Shown here one piece after another: positions 35,982 to 48,900 of a stretch of 64,000 nucleotides of DNA. The position numbers and the translations under genes are program-made. The stretch lies in NCBI GenBank assembly GCA_000934665.2, contig KZ538168.1:1-64000 (forward strand). The letters are read 5' to 3'. Under the pieces are notes generated by a model. That model was not told the DNA's origin and made no database searches. It worked only from the letters and a program-made list of their open reading frames with translations. The DNA is from Catajapyx aquilonaris (Eukaryota). The number at the start of each line of letters is the position of its first letter. Position 1 is the first letter of the stretch.

Positions 35982-38637
35982 ATGGCGACGGATGAAGCTG
36001 GCTCTCCTTCCCAGCCAGTCGACTCCTCCTCTCCTGATGAGGCAGGGCTCAAGCCCAACTGCAGGGTGCTGGTGCTGGTGGAGCAGGTCTTCCAGGACGT
36101 GGTCGTCGTCTCCTTCACATGCGCCGGGAAGGAGTTCAGGGGGGTCCTCCTTGACGCTTCCAAGAGGTATACTCCATGGGTCACACACACACACACACAC
36201 ATGCAATAAGGCTCCACAAAGATAGCCTGTTACAAAGAATGATACTCAAGTAATAATTGTTACTGCCGCATGTAAGCCTTCAAATTTTGCAAATCAACCT
36301 TCAGACAGTAACTCTTCCGACCTACCAAAAAAAGGTTGCATCTGCACATGGGGATATTGGCATCCGGACCAGGCAACCTGAAGGACAATGTGACCGTATG
36401 CAATGTGCAGATGCAACCTTTTCCAGGAAGCTGTAGAACTGGTGGCCAGATGAGATCATGCACTCACAGGATTAGCATTCTGACTTGAGGAATGGTTTGC
36501 TATGGGTGTGGCTGCACCTGCCATTTTCATCTCTATTAGGGTCCACGTAGAATTTCATGCTAGTTTGCATGTTAGGTGCTACCTGTGACTGATTATTATT
36601 ATGGGACAACATAAAAGGGGCAGGTTTAGAAACCCTGAGAGTAACCACAAATATTTTTATTGCATCTTCAGGCGTATCCCTTGCGGTGCCAACATAGCCT
36701 CCCCTCCTTCCCCCTCCTCGCCTCCTCCAGTGACCCAGCGCCACACATACATTCCTCCTGGCACCCCTAGACCTCCTCCAACATCACCAGCTGCTCGGCC
36801 TATAAAAGTGGGCCGCTCCCTGTCCCGTGTCCGCCTCCGCCCACGAAAGGTCCTTTGTTGGCGTTGCCGCAATACCTGCCACTCAAGCGATGAACCACAG
36901 AAGGAAGTTGCCACCAGGAAGCTTTGCCCCTCCCTCATACCTGCTGAGAAGCCAAAGATGGAACTGCGGAAGGGAAAGCGAGGGGCTGGCTCCATGGAGG
37001 ACTTATGGGATGAATCTGCTTTTGGGGACACACCAGCGGAGACGAAGCAAACCAGGAATAACACACCACCACCTGAGCCATCTTTTCGCTCATCGCCACC
37101 GCCAGAGCCACCTTGCCGTTCTACCCCACTCATAAAGATATCCTTTGGCTCGAGGGGCCAAGGAACTGTGGTCCAGATTCCACCCCGCAGGTCAGAGGAA
37201 TCATGGCCGAAACAAGTCAGTGCTGAAGCAGCCAAAAGGGCATTGCGTAAGGCGCAAATGAAACTGCTATCATCAGCACCGCCTCCACCACAGAAGCACC
37301 ACAAGAAGAGGAAGAAAAGGCGACGACATTCCGAGGGGGAAGAAGAGGAGGAACCTGCCAAAGAGGAGACGGGGGAGGAGAGAGGAGATGGAGCCGAAGA
37401 GGAGGATTCTGATGCAGCCATGAAAGAAAGATGCCTTCGTCAGAAGCTGTCAATCACCCTGAAGAGGATCAATGCAAGTGTGTTCATGCGGCGGAGAAGT
37501 GGGGATTCCGAGTGTGCCATGGCATCTAGTTCATCCATGTCATGTGACTCCAATGAAAGTAGCCGATCGTCGTCTTCTGTTGACTTCAGCACTGGAGGGA
37601 CTACTGGCAGTGGCACGTCAGCTGCTGGCAGTGCATCAGGACGGGAGCTGTGTGTTGGAGATGTTGTGTGGGGCAAGATACAAGGCTTTCCTTGGTGGCC
37701 TGGAAAGGTGATGTTAAATGGGATTTTGGTGTATAGTATGACAGGGATATTATCAGAGTAATACACCTTCAAATTGAAGTTGTTTTTGTGAGAAATATTT
37801 TGTCCAAAAGCTATGTATAACCAGTTGCTCTTACGGGCTATTGTAAATATGATTATCATGCTGTGCCCCATTTAACTTCACAGTGCAAGTACCATTTCTT
37901 TCATCCTCCCAGCCATTGTGTCTGCAATATTGCACGTGATTTTATACTTGATTGACTGGTGGAAAGATAGGGTGATACTTGTACTGCAGGTGGGGTGTGA
38001 ATGGAAACATTGATCTAGGTTATTGATCTTTAGCCACTGTGTTGAAGGAATGACTTTTTAATAGTCATACCCAAGCAATGTGTCCTAATCTACACCCTAT
38101 TTCTACATGTATGGTCCAGAGATACTAAAGATGAGCATAAATGTGAGCATATTTTCTGGGGCACTTCACTCTGGAATATAAGTGTATACTCCATGAAATG
38201 TATTACAGTGTACAACTAATCTTGGTATGCTTGCAGGTCCTGAACATCAGGTCATCCCCTGAGCGGGAAGCCCACGTGGCCTGGTTTGCCTCATCTACGT
38301 CTTCTAGGATGCCCTGTGATCGACTTGCCCCATTTCTGCAAGAATTTAAGGTCTCCTCCATCTCACATTGCTTTGCTGTATGAAAAGTTCTGCACAGCTC
38401 ATTAGAAAATATTCCTTGGGTTGGGTTATATTACTACAGGCAAGGTACAACCGCAAGAAGCGAGGACCCTACAAGGAGGCCATACGCCAGGCAACAATTG
38501 AAGCCAGACAATCAGAACCAGTTGGAGTGAACCTGGCGCTGGCGCTCAGGGAAGTTGGACTGACTCCATCTTCATCACCAAGCTCCCTCAGTGCCACGGC
38601 ACAGATGACTCCAAGGGAACTGCACTGCCAATCATGA
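35982..38637 (+). CDS. PWWP2: PWWP domain-containing protein 2A/2B-like, ~510 aa
   Basis: Exons 35982..36166, 36672..37707, 38237..38350, 38440..38637 (1533 nt). VVVSF..GKEFRGVLLD, RLRPRKVLCWRC, TPLIKISF..GQGTVVQIP, PWWP domain VGDVVWGKIQGFPWWPGKV..AHVAWFAS..YNRKKRGPYKEAI. Confidence 0.85.
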
Positions 38638-38891
38638 CACGCTTAAATAAACCTTTTTATTGTGACATGCTTGGAGTTTTTCTTGTGAGCTGAAATGCTC
38701 AAGTATCAGCAAGTCTTGACATCAAAGGTAGAAGGCCTACTGATTATCCATCAATCAAAATATGAGTGTGTGCGAGACACAAACCTCACATGGTTTTTGT
38801 ATGTTAGAGACTGTATGGTTTGAAGAACCCAACCACTCTCTTCACAGTGAAACTTGGCAGCCTGAGCCTTTTTTTAAAGGCTGTACTTGCT

Positions 38892-39103
38892 CTTACTGGC
38901 GTGCGGGAGGGTAGTAGTCGGTAGGGGCAGCGGGCTGTGTCGCTAAGATAGGTCTGTATCCGCAAAGGAAGATGGGTTAGGCTTGGTTAGGTTGGTACAC
39001 CATACCCCTTCCAAAATCCCAAAAAATCAATCTGCCTTTGCGACATAGCCAAGCTGCCCCCAGCCACCACTCCCCCCCGACGCGTCCTGCACGCCAGTAA
39101 GGG
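38892..39103. mobile_element. MITE with long imperfect TIRs (piggyBac-like end)
   Basis: CTTACTGGCGTGCGGGA..GGGGCAGC..TGTCGC mirrored by GCGACA..GCTGCCCC..TCCTGCACGCCAGTAAGGG. Confidence 0.6.
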
Positions 39104-39977
39104 TTAGTCTTTCCTTTTTGAAAGCATTGTATATGTTCACTGGGCGAGTTTTTTGTCCCTTTGCTAGGTCTTTGCTAGAATCATGTCGCTGCTGGTGAGA
39201 ATTCTCTCAAAATCATGGGGTGATTCTCGTCAGTTGTTGACAGAGGGCACACCAACGTCGGAGGGACACATCCATAATGCTCACGCAGGGGATATAAATA
39301 GGATTACCTGCATGGCAACTAAATTGCAGCACGAAAATTCAGCAACTGCCACGGTTGAATGCAGACTGGATTCCAGAAGACACGTCCATGGCAGCGGCAA
39401 TGGTGATCCTGAAATGCATGCATCATCATTCCAAGGAGTAAGACGCTGGACGTCCTGTTGCCCTACTGGTATGGTATGATGCACCTGAGAACAAATGTGT
39501 GGATATATGGATCGAACAGGAGGTTGATTCACACACAGAGGACAGCCAAGGGCTATTTTATTCCATCATTTTGGGCAACAAAGGGCTAAAAAAAATTCTC
39601 TCACTTCACGTCCTCCGAAAGTGTGGATGCGAATATAAAGGGGGGAAAGGGAAAAAAAGGGGAACCCCAGGGGTGTAATAAGGGAATAAAAAACTGGCAA
39701 ATGCGAGGAGGCAAATTTTTCCGTGGCAGCGTAGAAGGCGGCATCAGGCGGGAAGCTATAATGTAATTTTTTTTATATCTCATTCTCATATCTTTTAAAA
39801 TCTCTCTTTCACTCTCTCTCTCTCTCTCTCTCGATCTGTCTCACTCTCGTTGTTCTCCATCATGCACCAGGAGAGGATAATTCATTTATTATAATTAATA
39901 TTATAGCAAGGATGATGAGAGGCGAGGTTTTTTTTTTGTTTTTTTTTGTTGAAGTTCTTGGAACTGCTCGCCTTAAC

Positions 39978-42900
39978 CTAACCATCGGCCTGCTTCTTCT
40001 TCTCCTTCTTCTTTTTTAGAAATGAGGGCGTCTTGAGTCCCTTGCGCTTCTTCTTTTCTTTCTTGGATGACTCGCTTGTACTTGAGGCATCCTTTGTAGG
40101 CGATCCCTAGCAGGTGGGACTTCATGTCATTGATCTGAATAACCACTCAATACCTGCATTTCCCCCAACCCCAACCTTTTAGATTAACCTACTGCAATAT
40201 CCCCATGCAAACTTCCATGCATTAGTAATGTGATATCAATTCTTAATGGAATGTAAACCCACTCTATTGATACACATGTAGCCAAGAAAAGGGCAGTAAT
40301 CAAGGAAGGTACTGCAATGCATAAGGCCCTTCCTTCTGCAGTGGCTTTGCACACAAAATTCATTCCTAATTTCATCATATTGCACCTCAAAGTCTGGCTC
40401 ATAACACTGGTCATAATCAAATAGTTAGGAAAAGATTTTGGTAATGAATTTCCGGTTATTGCTTAGGCTTGTTATGGCGCAGCAGTGGTTATACTGTGCC
40501 ATGGACCAGGTTGTGCGACCAGAATATCTGAACTGAGAGACATTGGGTGCTCCTGTTGTCATCTTTACAAGAACTTTCATCAACAGGAAGATACCTTATA
40601 TTGTACCATACATGCAGTGTAAAGTCTGAATGTATCCCATGAATTATGACACCCTGTTCCCTACAGAGCTATCACATCTCCACATGTACGTCCTTGTACA
40701 ACTCATCTCAGCAAGTAAAATATGCAGATGACCTTGTACATCTCAGATTCAAAATTAATGCACTTCTCTACAAAGATAATAAAGAATGAAACTGCTGCTC
40801 AAAATACACACCTCCTTGCTGCTGCTCTGAGAGAAAGGCTGCGTGTCTTCGTCTCCGTTCATTGTACCTGTACAAAAGAGCCAATTAGTTCTGTGGCAGT
40901 AGTACTGTACATAAATAATGCCATTCCTGTTCGTGCAATACCTCATGGAATCATATCTTAACTGTCTTCTAGCAACTGCTTACATGTGACTACACATGAC
41001 TGCCATGTTGCTTTCATGAATTTGCTACTTCTGTACCTCTCCATGCTTGCACAAACCAGGAATGTCATTCAGATGGAATATAACTTTCAAATTAATTCAG
41101 GAGAAAGGCAACAAGGTATTCCCCTTACCATCCAGTTCCTTGGCCTGCGGAGGCTTCTTATTGCGTCCCAGAGACCATGAACGCAGGAAGGGTGACCTTC
41201 GGCTATCTGACTCTGAGTCACACAATCAGGCAGAAGTACGTGCAGGACACATCAGTTGCAAGCAGTGAGCAGGGGCAGGCAATGGAATAGTTGGTGGGAG
41301 GGGCATGCATGCAATTACATGTCTGGAATCTCTTCCCCTCCCCAAATCAACATTCTGCGATTCACCCCCCAACATTCCGCAAAATATGTTCATCAAAAAA
41401 AGGAAAAACGTATAAAATGATGCACCCTACCTGTGGGTGGCCTGCGAGCAGACTTGGACCTCTCGACGTGTGGCGGGAGCATGTCGGTCTCTGGCAAATA
41501 AATGGCGGGCGGTGGGTTAAGGTTATCATGCAGGCTCACTTATAAGGCAGGTCAATGGAGGTGCGTGTAGAGGACAGCGGATATCCCAAAGCAAGAATGG
41601 AAAGGAAAGGTCAAGGACACCACCATAAATGCCAGAAAAAGCTAAAAGAAAAAAACAAGCCAAGCTAAAACAATCCCATATTTCTCACTCCCTGTACATG
41701 CGATATTTTGCCTTGCCCCATAATAAAAAGCCATGCTGGATGCACACAGAAAAACCACAGCATCACTTGCTGAATGCAAAAGCAGTCTCAATATCCATTT
41801 CCTGTAATCCTTTGCCTTTTCCACTGCGTCTGGGGAATACCAGTGTTGGAAAGTGTATGGGGAACTTGTACATGTGTAAGGGCACACCGTAAGCAACACT
41901 GGTGTTTGGGCAGTGTATGCAGGTGAAGGAATTCCGTGACTACTAACCATCTGAATGCACAACCTCAGCCTGGATTGGACGTGGAACATGCTTCGCTTCC
42001 ACCTTGAGCACACGCACTTGATCTGCATAGGGGGACAAAAAATACACCACTTGTACCACTAATTCCCAAAAGGCTAATAATCCCAAAATATAATCAAATG
42101 CTCAGTTCCATGTATGTGACCCAACATATTTCCATTCAATATTTCCAGTGCAGGTTAGTAACACTGACAAGTGAGTTTAATAATTATTATACTAGCACAA
42201 CCACCATATCCCATCCTTGAGCACTAATCTCCCCAAAACTATATATCACATATTTACAATTTAGTGACTAAAGCCTTACCTTCACGACTTTCTTCTTCAG
42301 TATCGGAAACCCTAGGTGGAGACAGGGTCGTCCCGCTTGTGGTGGTGGCATCAAGAGGAGATCCCATGTCCAGAGGCTGGCTCAATGTTGGCTCCTCTTC
42401 TTCTGTGTACGTCAACAAAAGGCAACAGTTAAAAAGTCACCCTATCTATTGTTACCAACTCAAGCTGTCAGTGTAACTCCAGTGTAATTAAAAATGGAGT
42501 TAATCAGGGAACCTACATCACTGCAAACCAGGTTAAAAAACAGGTACATAAAAAATGGGACGTGGATGTGGGACGAATCCATACCGATACGTGTGTACAC
42601 GTGAGGCTTTGGGGGCAGTGGAGGTCGAGGTCTCAGAGGAGGTTTCTTTCCAGTGATGGCTGCAAGAAGGTTCACCTGATTTCATCTCACAGTTGTGATG
42701 ATATGATCTTAGGATAGAACACGTGCAAAATTTGGCTTCATAACCTGGTGCTTTGAAATGTTTGGCCAAGAATCTGAAGGTTTAAAATTAAAACTTTAGC
42801 CATACGCAATATTTTGCACAAAGAACTGCAACATTACTCAATAAAATACGATTTACAAATTCATGTAAGGTGAAGTGGGGGAAGTGCACACCCGGGGTAA

Positions 42901-45900
42901 GTGCACATATTGTGCACTTACCCCGGGTGTGCACTTCCCCCACTTCACCTTAATTACATTTCCTGACATTAACTGAACTGCCACCAGCTTGGATGGTAAA
43001 ATAGCGGTACCTGGGGGAGCAAAAGATTACTCTCATTGCTTTTGAAACAAGCACACGTTTCAAGCTGAAACATCAACTCAGGGATCTTGCTTCATCTCTG
43101 AGAGCAATCAGAAGTAACCCATGTCTTCCTCCTTATCACTACTGCACGACCAAACTCTGATCTAGGAAGCTTCTTTTTCTTTGCATAGGATTTTAAAATT
43201 CTCGTTCTGCCCTTGACCCCCAGATGGGCCTATGATATATTTTCGATGCTTACAGGTCCCACCTTTAAAGAGTTAACAGTGTACTAAACCAGGCCTATTT
43301 CAGCGATAAAAGTGAGCAAATAAGCGGGTGTGTCCCTCCCTGCGCTTACTTACAAGGCCTCAACAAAATCATGAAATTGTTCCAGGATTTCAGACAATTT
43401 CTAAGGGCTGGAGGCAACTCAGTTAAGGAAGAAAGCATCATTAACTTTAAAAAAAAAATGAAAAAAGAAAATTGCTCGTGAATACTCCAACTCTTCATAA
43501 GAAATACAGATAACTAATAGTGGCATCCAAAATATTGAACCTATGGCCTGACTGTACATTAAATTAAAATAAGATATAATATATAAGGAGTCATTTCTTC
43601 CCATTTGTAATCATACAATTGGACCTAAAATGTGAGGCATCACTTCTGGTGCCACCTACCCGAGTCTCCCAAGGTCTTCTTCTCAACTGTGCGCTTGTAC
43701 TCTTCAATCTCCTCATCTGTGATGGAGTCAAAGGGGTTCTTGGAATAAGGAGTCTTATAAACGAGAGCATGGTGCTGGAAGTCCCGTTGAATGATGCCCT
43801 TTGAAGCTGCTCCAACAAGGACCACCTGGTCCCCTGTGCCACTAATCCCAGCATCCTGCATGCGCTTTATCTCCTCCCAGCTCACCCCTTCCAGAACATG
43901 GGACTGAGGGCCTGCTGACACACCACCAGCACGGCGATTCTCCTTTATCTGGAATAAGGTTTAACGAATAAAAATAATGCATAGAAATTATTAAACTTCT
44001 GGCATTTGAAAGGCCTGCTAATCTAGCACTTGCTGAAGAGCCTGGCAAATGTTAAGCTGTAAGAAGCACAAATTTCGACACTTTCAGCCCTGACATCTAA
44101 CCAGTTGTTGTGGATGTCATTAAAATTGTGAATATTGTCATCATGCACAAAGTAGCTACAACTGCAGAGGAACAAATGGTGCCTGTACCATACATTTCGT
44201 TCTCAATGCAACATGTTAACCCTAGAGCCACACAAGCCAGATTTCTTGTACATCCAAGGTCATAATCAGAACAAGCTGCTACTCCCAAGATGATGAAGGA
44301 ATAAGCTATTACCAGACTACAGGCAGCCCGCCCTTACTTCAACCTTTCGTCATTGTTTTGTTTACAGACTCCGAGTCAACGGAAATCTGCAAAACGCACC
44401 CATAGAACCTCAGACTTTTCAAGTTTTCCATGGAAATGCCCTCACACAACAATATCAGCAAACGGAGTAAACATCAACAATAATATAACCACGAATAGAA
44501 CACTGTTTACGTCCACGTTTACTCCTATTGTTATGTGAGGGCATTTCCATGAAAAGAGGAAAAGTATGAGGTTCCAGGGGTACGTTTGGCAGATTTCCGT
44601 TTACTAAGAGTCGGTAAGCAAAACGATGACGTCTGGTCAAAGCCTATAGTGAAGAATAATAAGAGTATTGACCAAGTCTAAATCAGAAACACATTCAAAG
44701 TTATGCCTCCCTATTCCCGACCACAATGTGGCACCACATGTCAGTAAGAACATAAGAAAAAAAAAATCAAATGTGGTGTGATATGGCTTTAAAGCAATAA
44801 CATAATACTGGAAAATAATTTATGCAGCTAGAAGCATTTGGACATTTCCATTCGCCACAGGGGATGGGGGAATTCTGAATGACACCACTATTTATTATTA
44901 TCCCAGGTTAACCCTGTGATGGGAGTACATTTAAGCCTATTATGTGTCACTGAATATGACTTTCATGCACTCTTGCTATTCCATTTCCAGGTGTTAGCTG
45001 CTTATCAGCTACAATTAATAAGCCAAAAGCATTTCTTTATGCTGCAAACAATTCTCAAAGGAGCACACCATGTACTTCTACAGTTAATTATATGTCAATT
45101 AAATAACTTTAAAAACCTGCTGCTAACTGAATTACTGAAGAAATGTGGCAGCTTATGATTGCCGCACTGCCTAATCACATTAAATCCAGTAGCATCACAG
45201 ACAGGAACATATTTAAACAGCCTGAAGCATCTGAACTTAATCCTATATTTACCTGTTGCTGGAGACGCTTGAATTCCTTGGGGTCAGTGCCCTTGGGTAC
45301 AAACTGTAGAGGGGTTTCAATCTTGATAGCTGAGTTGTGTGTTGGTGACCCTTCAGCCACCCACTGCAAACAACAATGCTCTTCTGTGTCAACCATCTCC
45401 CACCACAGCACACTAATACAACAAGTGGTTGAGAAAAACCCTTACTGCAACTTTTCAACCTGGGGAAAGTGAAGGATGGAAAAAAGGGGCCTGCCGCAGG
45501 TGGGTTAATGACGAAACACGTCTTAAAAGAAACTTTGAAAGAAGTAGAAAGAGGCGAGGGAAGGAGGGAGAGAGCAACAAACCCAGTTGACCAGACAAGA
45601 GAGGCAATTGTTTTTATTGCGCACAAATACAGAGGCACAAAAAAGCACAGGCTCTCCCTCCTGCTCCCCTTCCCTGCAGGAGACCCCCTTCTTCCCCCCA
45701 TCCCTTAACTCTCCTAATGGAATAACTTGGTAAGAGGAATGTGTTAGGCTGCCCTAGTTAAATGGGGAGAAGGGCATTTTTAAAAAAGCATAAAGCTGCA
45801 ATGGAACTGTATCAGACTTTGTAAAAATGAATCATAGAATTCTAATATCCCTTGGGAGGAGCCATGGACTGGACAGCCACCACCTCTACCTTGGTTATCT

Positions 45901-48900
45901 TCTTGGGGTCAGGGGTTCCAGTCTCCAGTACTTCCACCTTCTGGTACACGTTGGGTGAATTCAGCCACCTGGAACGCTCATGGACACGTCGACCATCATA
46001 CTTCCGCCATGGCCTAGGGTCGGAAGACAAAAATTTAAATAAATATTAGTTGTGCTCATGTGTATTTCAACTAAACATACTTCAATCCAGTCAAACCCTG
46101 AGGCAATATCTCGCATGCTTGTCTCTCTAGAGCAATTATGAATCAGTTAGGTCCACAGTCCATTGACAGGAAGGGAGAGGACATCTACTGGTCCAGGTGA
46201 TTGGATCACAGTATGCTAATCCTACCTCTGGCAGTTACAAACCTATCATGTGCAATTTCATAAGTCAAGGCCAAATGTGCCATACGGTTCTTTCATTTGT
46301 TATCAAATAAGTTGGAGAACCCTTGCTCTAGACCATACGAGATTCTTTCAGAAATAGCTGCATTTTTCACATTCTTTGCTTCTTACACACAGTATGCAGT
46401 CCAACAAATCACAATCTGTGTTTCAATATGTTCATAAATTTAATGACACTGATATGTTTGGCACAGCCTTCAGCTGTAAGCACTTATGTGCAACACAGAT
46501 TTATGGGTGTCTCTTGATGTCAGCTGATTGCTATAACGAACACAATACAATTCCAGTGCATTGTCAACGTTTGTGAGACTAAGCCAACAAAACATACCTA
46601 ATCATCAAATAGCCAAAATTTGCACATGCTAAAATTATATATTGACATAATGACACATGAGATATGCTAACCGTTGCACTTAATCTTTCATGATACTGGA
46701 AAGGACTTATTACATGTGTACAATAGCATGATAGGACTCAATTATCAGGGCTGTTACATGATATACAATGTGCAAAGTGATAATACTAGAAAATCTCAAG
46801 GCCACAAAGGCATCAACTAATTAGAGAAACTGTCACTGCTCTCATTCTGCTCAGGACTACATACACCTTTCTGGTAGGGAGTCTCTCTGGCACCCTAGAT
46901 GCCATTTTATGGGTGTGGGGTGCCTCTCTACAAACTGAACATGCAGAAATTCAAGACGTCCTAATTATTCTGCATTTGGGAAAACGAATTCCTATATGCA
47001 CGTAAAATTCTATAAATTTTCCAGAAAAAGATGTGAAACAAAATCATTGCAAGCCTGTCGAAAGACAGAAAGGAAATGTAAATTTAATTCCACAAAGGCT
47101 CACCCTTGTTTATAGAGCTCCTCTTCCTCAAGCAAGTACCCAAGTGACGAGACAGCAGGCGGAACCTCCACATCATACTTGGCTCTGTGTGGCTCCCCTC
47201 TGACAGATGGCATGCGGTACATGTGCCCAGTGCGAAAACCTGCATCATCCAGCATCCGCATGCGTGCTTCCCAGCCCATTTCACCATAGCGCCAAGCTCG
47301 TCCCTTCTTCTTTTCGACTCCTTCTCCATCGCCACCACCTTCAGTCACAGCTGTTTCTTTCTTAGAATCCACTCCACGGCGTGACTGCTCCATGGTATGC
47401 GCACATACTTCAGGTGGGATAATCACCAGGCTGTCCAAGGCGGCTGGGCCACCACATAAGGACAGCGTACGGACCTGAAAATGTCAATTTTAAAATGTAC
47501 CAGTGTTCTAGATCAAATTTTAATTGAAAATTCTTGTCACTGGGTCAGAGTTCAAAATGAATCAGGTATCATAATTAAATGGACACACATGGACCAATTC
47601 CAAGCATTTATATGGTTTTAATTTTAAAACAGCGTCACTTCAAGAAGTTTGCCATAAATTGTGTATACATTTCCATTTTAAAGTGATCGTTACTGCACTA
47701 CAGTATAATATAAAATACCTGTGCAGCAAGTAAATTGTATTTCAAATCAAATGAGTTAAGAGTTTTCGAGAAGCATCTGCTTACCTGTGTTTCACAGGCC
47801 AGCATGACATTGGTGAGCAGATGGAAGGCCTCCTCAACTGTCTCTCCGCATACCACAACCCCATGGTTGCGAAGGAACATAACTTTAGAGACAGGCCCCA
47901 AGTCTCGTCCAATCTGCTGCTTCTCATCTTCACTGAGCACCAGACCACAATAGTCATGGTAGGTAATGGGGCCTGCAATGGCTGCCTCCTGACAGAGTGC
48001 CAATAGCCCATCCTTGCATGCTGACACAGCCACCACTGCTGGTGTGTGCACATGCATCACGCAGCGGGCATCTGGACGGGCTGCATGGACACCAGCATGC
48101 AGGAAGAACCCAGCCAGGTTGATGCCCAAGTTAGTGGTTCCAGGCTCTATAACAGCACCTTGCATGTCAACCTGTGAACAATGGAACAAACATTGTGGCC
48201 ATTAAAGCAGTGTGAATCTAGTCTACCCATGCAAAATATGGCTACAGGATTAAAAACGTGTCACCCACGTAGTCTGGTGCATTCAACCATAAAATAAGAC
48301 TGGTTGCACTACTACCTGTATATCAAAGAGGGAGTTTCTAATTAACTGATAGTAATTAATAACAAATAACTGTTAAATATAACAAGTGGTGCAACCAGAC
48401 CCAAGTCAACATTTCAGTATTTTATTTCAACTGAAATGTAGCCTACTCTTCAATTATTTTTGGACGACACATTACACTATGTGGTGCACTTGCCAATTCC
48501 TCAGTCCATCAGGGAAGGCATGGAAACATGTATGGATTGCTTACCCAAGCAACTACTTTAAAGAGAAGCAACCATCCTGACAAGTGAATCTGGCTCTTAC
48601 TGTTGCATCCAACATGGTCTCTTCTCTTTAAACTGCTTGCTGGAGTAAATAATCAATCAATTTTTCGCATGCCCCCTACTTGAGCGGGGAAATAATGAAG
48701 CTTGTGGTCCACGTTTCAATTACATTATATTAAGTTGGCACAGGACATGCATGCTTCTGATGTAGGAAAATTTACAGTAACCAAATGTTAGTTACACAGA
48801 TGTTGCAACACATTCCATTATATTCATCCTTTCCTTGGAGGTGTGGACCTTGTCAAGCCTTCTCTACTCATGATTAAGTGCTGCCTCCACTTGAGTCATA

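Noticed and set aside
36657..37421. 254-aa minus-strand ORF
   Set aside because: Antisense shadow of low-complexity PWWP2 exon 2.
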